In this document: positions 23,201 through 33,543 of the stretch, piece after piece
Layout of the letters: each line of letters starts with the position of its first letter
Position numbering within the stretch: the first letter of the stretch is position 1
Assembly: GCA_043228905.1 (NCBI GenBank)
Contig: JBHGNT010000009.1
Coordinates: 8,308,001 to 8,372,000, forward strand
Direction of reading: 5' to 3'
Length of the DNA stretch: 64,000 bases
Origin: Azolla caroliniana
Lineage: Eukaryota; Plantae; Polypodiophyta
The notes under the pieces: generated by a model
Database searches by the model: none
What the model was told of the DNA's origin: nothing
What the model saw: only the letters and a program-made list of their open reading frames with translations
Translations under genes and position numbers: made by a program

Positions 23201-23835
23201 TTGAAACCCCAGAAGTGTCCACAAATCCTTGCGCGGAGGATCGTTTGGAGCGGTTACGCAAGATACAAGCGGATTTATCTACTCAACTCCAGCAAGCTCA
23301 ACAATCACACAAGGACTACGCAGATCGTCATCGACTTCCATCCAGTTTTAACATTGGAGATCGGGTGTGGCTGCTACGACGACACATCAAGACTACTCGC
23401 CCATGTGAGAAGTTGGATTATCGACGATTAGGTCCTTTCCGTATTATCGGGAAGATTAATGATGTCGCTTTTCGTCTCGAGCTACCTCCGCAACTTCGGA
23501 TACACCCGGTGTTTCATAGTTCTCTCCTCGAACCCTATCACGAGAGCACTATCCCAGGACGTACTATACAACCTCCACCTCCTATCGAGCTCGAAGATGG
23601 ACCTGAGTATGAGGTCGCTGCCATCCTCGATTCCAAGATTGTTCGCAACAAGCTCTACTATCTAGTCGATTGGCTAGGATATAGTCCCAGCGAGCGTACT
23701 TGGGAACCGATCGAGAATGTGACCAATGCTCGTGCTCTTCTAGAAGACTTCCATCGACGATATCCCGAGAAACCGGGTCCTCAATCCAAAACGACTCGTG
23801 AAACTCGTCGTTTTAAAGGGGGGATAGTGTCATAA
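20239..23835 (+). CDS. Pol of Gypsy B (protease-RT-RNase H-integrase-chromodomain), in the -1 frame relative to gag
   Basis: ALLDSGA, YLDD, EADASD, HHCC, D,D(35)E and GPF motifs. Chromodomain EYEVAAILD...YLVDWLGY...TWEP. The frame is open from the slippery site at 20239. Confidence 0.95.
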   Translation, partial: VKRLSPAKIGAVWLDSPRSVQPISGSIPSKQVSDVFVVQVAVSTKSTPPVHTLALLDSGANSCFMDRNFARAHQISLRKLPCPASVVVIDGRPIASGNIIEESEPVNIVLDNLTCVVSFNIISIPEHPIVLGLPWFELHDPDIDWRTREIRSRQTQGSTQKVATISLRQLREEGRKEEMFLFAISVQPSSTTKEESTVQLPEKYRQYADVFDKVQANTLPHHRPYDCAIDLQPGKEPPWGPIYNLSPTELEVLRAYIEENLENGFIRHSKSPAGAPIFFVKKKDGSLRLVVDYRGLNKVTVRNRYALPLISSLLERINGARFFTKIDLRGAYNLVRIRPGDEWKTAFRTRYGHFEYTVMPFGLTNAPAVFQHMANDIFRDLLDDFLIIYLDDLLVYSKTQEEHDSHVLLVLKRLREHGLYAKLEKCSFGCNQVEFLGYVISSEGISMDPAKVKTVIEWHTPRSVRDVQCFLGFANFYRKFIQNYSKIVLPLTQLTRKGQSFIWSKETDMAFESLKKAFTSAPILGHVDPEKPFIIEADASDFALGSILSQQGNDEKLHPVAFHSRKFDAAEINYEIHDKELLAIVDSFMQWRHFLEGSPHQVTVFSDHKNLAYFQDARVLNRRQARWAHFLTRFDFKITYRPGKHQGKADALSRRSYLTPRPGEPAFDNQKQVILGPARLQAAQIFDMPVDSDITNTIREDLKTDAFAQAILAQIDPSRASCSQSQSPGTDYRQFKYCDGLLFFKELLYVPNGSCRLRVVQNCHDTYTAGHFGSTKTLDLVQRSFWWPRMRQFVEDFVRTCDTCCRAKMPRHHPYGLLEPLPIPSKPWQSIALDFITDLPVSKGFSAILTVVDRYTKMAHFLPCTKEISSEDTAEIVMWEVCRHHGLPDNIISDRGPQFVSKFWKHLFKMLKVTCNLSSGYHPQTDGQAERTNQTLEQYLRCFLNYHQNDWADILPFAEFAYNNAIHASTKVMPFYAYTGYHPRWCVLETPEVSTNPCAEDRLERLRKIQADLSTQLQQAQQSHKDYADRHRLPSSFNIGDRVWLLRRHIKTTRPCEKLDYRRLGPFRIIGKINDVAFRLELPPQLRIHPVFHSSLLEPYHESTIPGRTIQPPPPIELEDGPEYEVAAILDSKIVRNKLYYLVDWLGYSPSERTWEPIENVTNARALLEDFHRRYPEKPGPQSKTTRETRRFKGGIVS

Positions 23836-24117
23836 CTAGACTCGAACCCATAACCTTTTGTTACACGGGTCGAGACTTTACCATTAGGTTATGAGTTGTA
23901 ATTTGAAGGATATTATTTTCATTTAGGTTTTATTAGGAAATTGATGTATATTCCAGATTTCTCTGGAACATTCTAGAAACTTCAGGAGTATTCCTGAAGA
24001 CACTATAAAAGGAGGCGCAAGGCATTAGTTCGAACCAAATCGGTTCAACGCCAGTCTTAAGCCTTCTAACTACTGTTGTATATCTTCCGTCATATAATAC
24101 ATATATCTTTCGTATCA

Positions 24118-24161
<44 letters not shown>

Positions 24162-24566
24162 ACTCATTCCTTCTCTCAAAGTTCGACACCTCTCATAGTA
24201 CTAATCCTTCTCTGTCTTAGTACTATTCCCCAACAATAGTACTAATCCTTCTTTTAGTACTAATTCCTTCTCTGCCTTAATAGAGTTCCTGACAGTTGCA
24301 CTGTCGAGCACCAAGGTTGAGTATCGAGGAGCGATTGTTGATACGTGGGAAGCCATATGGCTCAAGAGGCTCCTAAAGGATCTACAGAGTGAGGTGTCCA
24401 ATCTATAGACTGAATGGTCTAAAACCAAGGAGTGTGTGCAATGGTTCTCGACAAAACTATTGGATGGAGGGTAAATACCAAAAGAAAGGAAAGGAGAAAT
24501 GTGTAAGAGTAGAGTAGAGTAGAGAGAGAGAGAGAGAGAGAGAATTGAGACAACTTATATTAAGGA

Positions 24567-24620
24567 AGGCCTTATTACAAACTAGTTTCGCTCATATGAG
24601 CTCATCAGTGCAATAGGCCT
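24567..24620 (-). ncRNA. Minimal type I hammerhead ribozyme
   Basis: AGGCCUAUUGCA-CUGAUGA-GCUCAUAUGAGC-GAAA-CUAG-UU-UGUAAUAAGGCCU: intact core, stems I and II, and a palindromic minimal stem III. Confidence 0.85.
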
Positions 24621-26277
24621 TGTTTTTACAAATTAGAGATATATATATAGTGAAGATGGGGTAAGAGAGAGGAGGGGGGGGGGGGGTGTGATGAGTGCAT
24701 ATAATGAATGTGTGGTAGTGGAAGAGTGAGAGTAATGACATGTAGAGAGAGAGAGAGAGAGAGAGATTTAAATGTCTATCAAGGGTAGTTAAGGGGTATA
24801 AAAGGGTATGTTTTAAGGGGATGTGATGTAAGGTGAGTTGATATAATTGGGGTGATAAGGAATAATGAGGGTAATAAGGGGAGAGTATGATAATGTATTA
24901 TAAGAGGGTAGTAAAGGAGGATAAGGGGATGCTAGGGATAGATTATGGGATAAGGGTTGTGGGTGGGTGGGGATCTAGTAAATTTAGTTTGGACTAAAAG
25001 TGAGTGTAGGGTATTAGATTTAGTCCAACATACTAGAGGTTTGGGGATACTACATAGTTGGAGATCCTTAATAAAATCACTATATAGGTTAGTTAGAAAA
25101 GTTTGAATACCTAGTTATAGGGGTGCTATAGGTATATCTTAGTCTAAAGATGGTTGGGGTAAGAGAAGCTTTAGTTTTATGCTTAAAAAGGAGTGTTTGT
25201 CTGAGAGAATAAGGGTATTTCCTAAAGTTCCTAAGGATAAAATAGGGTGGGTATCCTCTTTTAGTAAGCCTACAAAAAAATAAGTTTCTCATATTAGAAT
25301 AGCCTAAGGGCGTGCTTTCTCTAATAGGGTATCTTTTGAGCTCGTTAGATATGAAGTTATGCTTTACGTGGAGAGGATGGTTAGATGCAAAAGGAAGGTA
25401 TTGATAGGTATTAAGGGACTTCTGAAAGCAGTTAAAGGAGAATTTGTTATTAAGAAGGTTGATCAATACCCTCCCCTCACTTTTCCATCCTACCCCTTCC
25501 AAATTTTTATCCCTCTTTTCCATCCTATCCCTCTTTTTTTTTCTTTTTTTTTTCCATCCTACCCTCCCCTCACTTTTCCCAACTTACCCCTTCCAAATTT
25601 CCATCCATACCCTCCTTTACTTTTTATATTCCCACACTACCCATGTCTTCATTTTTGCCATATTACCCTCTCACCCCTACATTTTTCATAATTTTAGCTT
25701 TCTAGCCCTCCCTCTACTTTTCAAAATTACCACCCTACGCTTCCCTCACCTTTTCCTAATTACCACCCTACCCATCCCATTACGTTTTGGTTTAATACCC
25801 TCCTACCACCCCTACCCTCACCTTTAAAAATACCCTCCTAAACCCCACTCCTTTTCATATTTTTATATCTAGCCCTCCCCTCATCTAAACCCATACTATA
25901 TCCCTACCCCTCATCTCTCTTAAATCTCTAACTTTCCCCCTCTCTCTTACTTTTTAACCCCACACGTGTGCCCACATCACCACTCCCTTTTCCCTATCTT
26001 TTAACAATTTTACCTCTCCTTCCTTAAACATGGACATGTACACATCCCTTTCCCCTCTCTCTTACTTTCTCCCTACACTCTTTCCCAAACCCTCTCACTC
26101 CTTCCCTCTTACCATTCCCTTTTCCCTATCTTTAAAAAACCTTAAACCTTACATCCCACTATCTTTCCTTCCTTAATGTGCACATATGCACATAGATACC
26201 CCCCTCTCCCAATTTTGATCCCACACCCTCAATCACCCCTCTCCTAAAATCCTATATAAACCCCCTCCCTCACCATC

Positions 26278-26338
26278 ATGGTCTTATGTTGGCATTGATG
26301 AGCCCTTCATGAACGAAACTAGTTTGCCATAAGACCAT
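26278..26338 (+). ncRNA. Variant minimal hammerhead ribozyme
   Basis: AUGGUCUUAUGUUGGCA-UUGAUGA-GCCCUUCAUGAAC-GAAA-CUAG-UU-UGCCAUAAGACCAU: long stem I, C3U core variant, imperfect stem II. Confidence 0.7.
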
Positions 26339-26398
26339 ACCCTAACACCCCCAAACCCCATGTAATTTTTGTCCAATGATAATTACATGTTTTAGTTA

Positions 26399-26444
<46 letters not shown>

Positions 26445-26557
26445 CTTTTAATTAGTTTTTAATTTTGTTTTTAATTAATATGTTAATCCCCTCGTCTCCC
26501 CTACCCCTCTTTTTAATGTTTAACTATGTTTTTAAACTCGTTTTTTATTCTTAATTA

Positions 26558-26953
26558 TAGATTGACACATGCGTGATATTCGTGATATTCTCCATGCGCA
26601 ATATTCTCCATATTCGAGAATACAAAATGGCCCCAGGAATATTAAAAAACCATTCGTTTTGTAAATAAATATAAAAAATTTATTTATTTATTTAAATAAA
26701 TGTATTTCACCAAAAAAAACAATTATTCATTAATAGATTATAGTGTCAAGAGAGTTTATGAAACTTATTTTAATTAATTAATTTTTTAAAAACGAATATT
26801 TTTATATTTATTATACAAATATGATTAGTAATTAGTATGAACTTTGAAGATATGATTAGTTTGAAGTACTATTTTTAAACGAATACTTGACTACCCATTT
26901 GTATTCGTTTGCATTCGAATGGGAAACCCGACAAATGCGAATATGTCAATCTA
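26558..26953. mobile_element. Probable MITE
   Basis: Terminal inverted repeats TAGATTGACACATGCG / CGAATATGTCAATCTA (14/16 match). AT-rich core with subterminal ATTCG/GAATA motifs. TSD unclear. Confidence 0.5.
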
Positions 26954-26990
26954 TGTTCTTAATCTTAGACTTACTTAAGTTTGAATGTTT

Positions 26991-27037
<47 letters not shown>

Positions 27038-30000
27038 ACCCACTACCCTCCCTTTACCTTGTTTTTAGGTTTATGTTTTTAGTTTTATGATTATGTTTTT
27101 AGTTTTTTTAGGGTTAGTTTTATTTGTTAACCGTTTTCATTAGTGTTTATGTTTAGCCTTAGCATGTTAATCCTCTCCCCTCTCGGTTTTTTAATTATGT
27201 TCTTTAATCCCATTTTTTAATTATGTTCATTAATCTTGTTTTTTATTTTTATTTTTAATCCTAAACTTAATCTCCTATCTTCACTCCCGCTTTCCTCCTC
27301 TACACCAAGCAATTTCACGATTCGGGTGCGCTCCAATCGACCTCAGTGTTCCTCCTCTCCAACATCTTCTCCAACCTCTACCCGTCGATGACCCCCCATT
27401 TCGCACTCCTTGTTCCGACTGCAAGGTCTATAACCATAACGACGATCCATTGTGACAACCTCAGCAACATCCAGTTGGCGAAGAACCCCATTTTCCATGC
27501 CCGAACCAAGCACATTGAGGTGCATTACCATTTTGTCCGAGAGCGGGTCCTCTAGGGTAAAATCGAACTAGTGTATGTTTTGACGGATCAGTAGGCTGCC
27601 GACATCTTTGCCAAAGGTCTCGGCCTTGGCAAGTTGCAGTTTTTTTCAGAGATGCTTGATCTTCAACATCTCGACATGCCGCACTTGAGGGTAAGAAAGG
27701 AGGAAACCGGAATGGAAACCGGGAAAACAAGCAAAGGCATCACACAACCAGCCAGAGAGAATGAAACAATTGAAGCAAGGGGAGACAAGAAGAAAAAGGA
27801 AGCCGAATCGATTGAAGAAGTCATCACATCCGATAAAGACGGAACAAGCGGCGATAGCGATAGATTCAAGAAGGACATAGCCGACCGTAGGAAGAAGGCC
27901 AAGACACGGACATGATCCGATGTGGTGAAGGTCCTGAAGGTTGAAGACGAATTGGAGACAACCAATTCAGACAGGAGTTGGAACGAATCGGAAGCAACGA
28001 ATTCGGAGGTGGAGTCTGATTCGGAGGAGTCGAATCAACAGAAGGCCAAGCAGACACGAAGGCAGCGGAAGTCGACACCAACACGGAGGAGCCGGCAGGT
28101 CGAGAAGCACCAGAGTCGCGACAGCAAGGGAGCTGACAAACTGACCGAGAAGGTTGAGGTGCGCGGAATCGGACGGGTCGTGGGAAGAGGAACCAGACTG
28201 GTTGAGGAGCGCGAGTTAGGCGGGAAGATGCCAGGAGGAGCCCGAGGAAAGTATTGGCGGACACACATAGCGATCCAACCTCAAGTTGAGCTTGGGGGGA
28301 GTGTTGAGCGAGCAAGCTCAAAGGTCGAAAGTCACCACTACTTTTGTAGCATTAACTATGTGGCGTAGCATCATATTCTATGACACATAACAAATCAGTT
28401 TCAACATTCCCCATGACCAATGAGCTTTGGTAGTTAATGAAGAGAGAGGGTGACTACATAAAGTGTCATGAACGGGTGGATGAGGTTAAATATTAAGAGA
28501 GAGTGAGAGCATAAGCAAGAGAACAAGACTGTTACGGACAACTAGACAAGCCTTAATACTAAGAGATAGCGGGAGAGAGACAAGAGACAAGAGAACAAGC
28601 AAGAGAGAGAGAAAATAGACAAAAGAACAAGAATTCAATTATGCTTTCGTAACTAGTGTTGTTCACCTTGATTGTAATCAAGGTGCACCCGATTATTTAT
28701 ACAAGAACGTGGAGATATGCACGAAAGCTAGAAAACTTCTAGAGAGTGCATGAAGATGCATTCTCTAGAAGGTTCTTGAAAGTTTTAGTGATCAATCTAC
28801 AATGTAATAAGTTGAATCTTATACCATACAATAATGCATAAATAGATGTAGCTCAACTAGCAAGATTGCCCGATAAGACCAAAAGGTCATGGGTTCAACC
28901 CCCACAATGCTAGGATGTGGCATCCTGTATATGCCATTATCCTCCCTCTAAGGCCGCCTCCTAGGACCCACGGCCGGTTTCTGTGGATGGCGTTCATGAA
29001 ATGCTTGAACTATGTCTGGGGCATGCTTGAGATGGTGTGCCAGCTCCCATGTTACTTCAGAGATTGGGTACCTTTTCTAGAGGACAAGGTATTGAAGTCG
29101 ATGACGGAAGAGTCAAGAATTTGGTCGACCTCATATTCTTCTCCAGTCGAGAGCTAAATTGGTGGTGGAGGAGAAGGGTGTCAACCAGGGATTTCAGATA
29201 TATGGTGAGGTTCCAGAAGGGAGACATGGAATACATTACGAATACGGAAGTGGGATGGTAGCTCTAAGCGGACAACCATGGAACCAATTTTCTTGATGAT
29301 TCGGAAAGGGCCTAACTTCTTGTAATCAAGCTTAGGATAAGGATGAGTGGTGGCAATATTGCGACGAAGAAGCCAAACAAAGTCACCTACCTCGAACCGG
29401 GCAGCATCTAACCGAAGACAGTCAGCTTGCTCCTTGTAATGGTCGCCAACGAGGGTGAGCTCCAAGGAAAGGTCGCAATGTACATGTTGTTGGGAATATG
29501 TCCCTCTAGTGGGAGGATGATCCGACTGTTCGGAAAGCCGACAGTCGAAGAGTCGGAAAACAGGAGCCGAGTTGATGAGGAACTCGGCTGAGGCCGAAAC
29601 CTGAATTGGGTATATAGCCAACTCGGGTGACTATACTTGTAAATAGTCTAAGTGTGCACCCCATGAGGGCTACGTATGTAAATAGCCGGAAAGTTGTGTA
29701 AGTATATATACAACTAGGGCAAACTTTAAGTAGTGTGCATGAGAGCATGTGAGAGAGAGTGTGTGTGTGAGCTGCGCCATAGCTATGTGTGTAACAACAT
29801 ACACAAAGAGCCCTGTGCGGCTGATACACTCAACAGAGTGTTGTATATCCACTTTGTATAGTGAAGAAATCTGTTCACTCGTGGTTTTCCCCATTTTAGG
29901 GTTTCCACGTAAATTTCTGTGCACCATTGTTTTTCTTGTCTATTCTGTTATTCAGGTGTGATTTGTATTTCAGCGTTGTCTATCTATTGTGATTTGAATT

Positions 30001-33000
30001 CCGCGACGATTACTCAACAAATTGGTATTAGAGCTTGAGGTGCAAGCATGGAAGGAGGTGTGAGCGGTTTCCTAGGTATGGTAGTTCTCAACTCATATAA
30101 CTATGTAGACTGGAAGATCAAGATGGAAGACCTTCTCATAGTAAAAGACCCGTACGAGCCAGTCAACAGAACAGAAATACCCAGGGGGGTATTGGAGTCG
30201 GACTAGAAGCTTCTGAATAGGAAGGCGGTGGCCACAATCCGACAATGTGTTGATGTAAGTGTCATTCAGCATGTGGTGAACGACATGAATGCCCACGAGA
30301 TGTGGCAGAAGCTGTCGGGTCTGTACGAGAGGAAGAACGCGCTAAACAAAACCTCGCTGATGAGAAAAATCATACGGCAGAAATACAAAGACGGTGAGAG
30401 CATCGTCGAACACATCAGCACATTCATGGGGTATGTGAATCAACTTGTAGCGACCAAGTTTCCCCTGGATGACGTAATGCAGGCCATCCTGCTGATGTGC
30501 ACACTGCCGGAAAGTTGGGAGAACCTTGTGGTTACTCTTAGCACCTCCTGTCAAGAAGAGAACTTGTCTTTACAGACGGTGAAGACAAGCATCCTAAATG
30601 AGGAGGCTAGGAGGAAAGACAAAGGATTCATGTCCCAAACGGAGCCGAATCTGACCCAACATATGGACAAAGGAAGAGACTGGCGAAGAAGAAGTCTGTA
30701 GCGCACAAACAAATCCCACACCAGATCAAAGTCCAGAGGTAAGCTTGTGTACTTCCAGAAGGACTGCCGACACATAAGAAAAGACAAGAGTGACAGAAAT
30801 AATGTCGAACCTCAGAAGATTCCGGATTAAAAGAACACTTCGGCCATTGCTACGAGCAATGAGGAACTTCTATTCATTTGTGAACAGACAAGTGCAAATC
30901 CTGCAAGCGAAGAGTGCACTTGGGTGATCGACTCCGGCGCATCCTTTCACATTACTCCGTCGAGAGAGTATTTCTCGACTTACATAGTCGGGGATCATGG
31001 CTATGTAAAGATGGGTGATAGTGGAGAGTGCAAGATAACCGGAGTCGGAAGTGTGTGCTTAACGACGTCAACAGGGTGTTGACTAACGTTGGAGGATGTT
31101 CAACACATCCCCGATATCAGATTGAATCTGATATCGACTGGAAGACTTGATGAAGAAGGCTACAATGGTAGTTTTCGGAATGGCAAGTGGAAGTTTTGCC
31201 GAGGAAATCTCATAGTGGCCCAAGCACAGAAAGAAGGCACATTGTACATGATGTATGCTCGACTGTGCAAATCGGAAGTAAACGTGGCAGCCAACTCGGC
31301 AGGTGAGATATGGCATAAGGGGCTAGGCCACATGAGTGAGAAGGGAATGCACCTGTTAGCTAACCAGAAACTTCTACCAGAAGTCAAGGGAGTGCACCTG
31401 GAGAAGTGTGTCAACTGCTTAGTCGGAAAGCAAAACAGGACAGCATTCCACACTAAACCACCGAGGAGAAGAGAAGCTGCACTGGAACTAGTGCACACAG
31501 ATGTGTGCTATGTTGATGCTCCATCGCATCGAGGAGGACAGTACTTTGTGACATTCATTGACGACTATAGTCGGAAGACATGGGCCTTCGTACTGAAGTC
31601 GAAGGATCAAGTACTGTCGGTTTTCAAGGAGTTCCAGGCAAGAACCGAAAGAGAGTCGGGTCGGAAACTGAAGGTTGTCCGAACCGACAACGGTGGCAAG
31701 TACAAAGGGCAGTTCGAGGAATACTGCAAGTGCCAAGGTATTCGAATTGAATACAAAGTACCAAAGACCCCAGAGTTGAACGGGCTTGCAGAGAGGATGA
31801 ATCGAACAATCATGGAGACAGTAAGGAGCATGCTCTCCCATGCAAAACTGCTGAAATCCTATTGGGCTTGGGCGATGTACACAACTGTTTATCTGATCAA
31901 CAGGTCTCCCTCAGTGCCATTAAAGGGTGATGTCCCACAAAGGGTGTGGACAGGGGAGGATGTCTCCTACCAACACCTGAGGGGTTTGGATGTTTGGCGT
32001 ATATGCATGTACCAAAGGATCAGAGGTCAAAGCTCGACAGCAAGTCGAAAGCATGCATATTCACAGGATACTCGGAAGATGAGTTCGGCTACAGGTTGTG
32101 GGACTTAGTCGACAAGAAGGTAGTGAGAAGTCGGGATGTAGTCATTCTAGAAGACAAGACAATTGAAGATTCGAAGCAACAGAAGTAGGAACTGACTCCC
32201 CAGTCAACCTCGACTACCATCGACTTAAGGACAAGTGAGTCGTCACTGACAGCTAGCTGACAGAGCCAAATCCGAGTCGATCGACTCAGAAAGACCAACA
32301 GACTATGTGTCAGAGTCAGCAGATCTGCTAAAATCAATTCAGGAATATGAGTTGGAGTTGTCCAACCTGGAGATGCCGATTTATGAGCAAAATCCCGAGC
32401 AAAGAGAAGAGTTGGCAGAGACATCCGGAAAAGAGCCAATAGCGAGTGGATGAAGGTACCCACTCAGAGAAAGGAAGGCACCGACTACATATGCCAGTCC
32501 GGTTCACCGAACACATCCTCTTGACTGATGACGGTAAACCGGAATGCTATGAAGATGCCATTACCGAGGAGAGAAGAGAAAAATGGCTGAACGCGATGCA
32601 AGAGGAGATGGAATCTTTGCATGTGAATTACACCTACGACCTAGTAGAGCTACCAAAAGGTAATAAAGCACTCAGGAATAAATGGGTCTACAAGGTGAAG
32701 ACTGGAGAAGTCGACAGCGAGCCCAAGTATAAACCCTGCATAGTGGTGAAGGGTTTCCAACAGAGGAAGGGCGTCAACTTTGACGAAATATTTGCACCAG
32801 TCGTGAAGATGACATCGATTCGAACCGTTCTGAACACAACAGACAGCATGGATCTGGAGATCGAACAGTTGGATGTCAAAACCGCATTTCTGCACGAGGA
32901 GCTAGAAGAAGAAATCTACATGCAGCAACCCGAAGGCTTTGAGGAGAAAGGGAAAGAGAATCTGGTGTGTTGACTGAGGAAAAGCTTGTACAGTCTGAAA

Positions 33001-33543
33001 CAAGCTCCACGCCAATGGTACAAGAAATTCAAGTCCTTCATGATGGAACATCGGTTCCGAAAAACACAGGCCGATCACTGTGTGTTTGTCAAAACGTATG
33101 AGGAAGGAGATTTCTTGATTCTCTTGCTATATGTTGATGACATGTTGATAGTCGGTCAAGATGCAAGGAAGATTGGAAGCTTGAAGAAAGCTCTCGGCAA
33201 GTCATTTGCCATGAAAGACCTTGGACCGGCAAAGCAAATCGTAGGAATGCACATAACCCGAGACAGAGCTCGGAAGGTGCTATGGTTGTCACAACAGAAG
33301 TATGTGACGAAGATCCTAGAGAGGTTCAACATGTCGAATGCAAAGTCGGTCGGCTCAGTGTTGCTGACAAATTGTAGATTGAATGGGAAGCAGTGTCCGA
33401 AAGGGCAGAAAGAAAAGCCTGAGATGAAGAAGGTACCATATGCCTCAGCCGTCGACAGTCTAATGTTATCGAAAGTATCCGGACAAACCCGGTCTGCAAT
33501 CAGCGCCGACTCGTTCCACTCATCGTCTTTAAGGGGGAGATAG

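Larger units (their letters stand above)
18523..24294 (+). mobile_element. Intact young chromoviral Ty3/Gypsy element B (Tcn1-like), nested in H
   Basis: LTRs 18523..18993 and 23828..24294 appear identical apart from (CT)n length. TSD GTTGC. PPT AAAGGGGGGATAG. Gag and pol are uninterrupted. Confidence 0.97.
24540..26345 (-). mobile_element. 5'-truncated Penelope-like element with an inverted pLTR-like segment
   Basis: RT C-terminal motif QKSLNTYQYLPFASNHPLHVKHNFISNELKRY...RGYP (about 25462..25089). Frameshifted linker PKPLVCWTKSNTLHSLLVQTKF. Hammerhead motifs at both ends. Confidence 0.8.
9423..28321 (+). mobile_element. Decayed Ty1/Copia element H, split into pieces 9423-12080, 17715-18522, 24295-~24408 and ~27435-28321
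   Basis: Gag, protease, integrase, RT and RNase H are collinear across the insertions. PPT about 28293..28301. 3' LTR starts TGTTGAG at 28302 and is truncated. Confidence 0.85.

Noticed and set aside
25359-25827. Pro/Leu/Phe-rich plus-strand ORFs
   Set aside because: By-products of C/T-rich low-complexity sequence in the Penelope-like region.
24408-27435. A single DNA transposon or Helitron explaining the 3-kb interruption of Copia H
   Set aside because: No convincing TIRs, TSD or Helitron termini could be read.
27634-28368. env-like gene in the Copia 3' region
   Set aside because: The sequence is hydrophilic and charged, with no signal peptide or transmembrane segment. Reported instead as a Pol extension.
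28845-28910. Functional tRNA genes in the LTRs
   Set aside because: A and B boxes are present, but acceptor and anticodon stems do not form convincingly. Treated as tRNA-like modules, not tRNAs.
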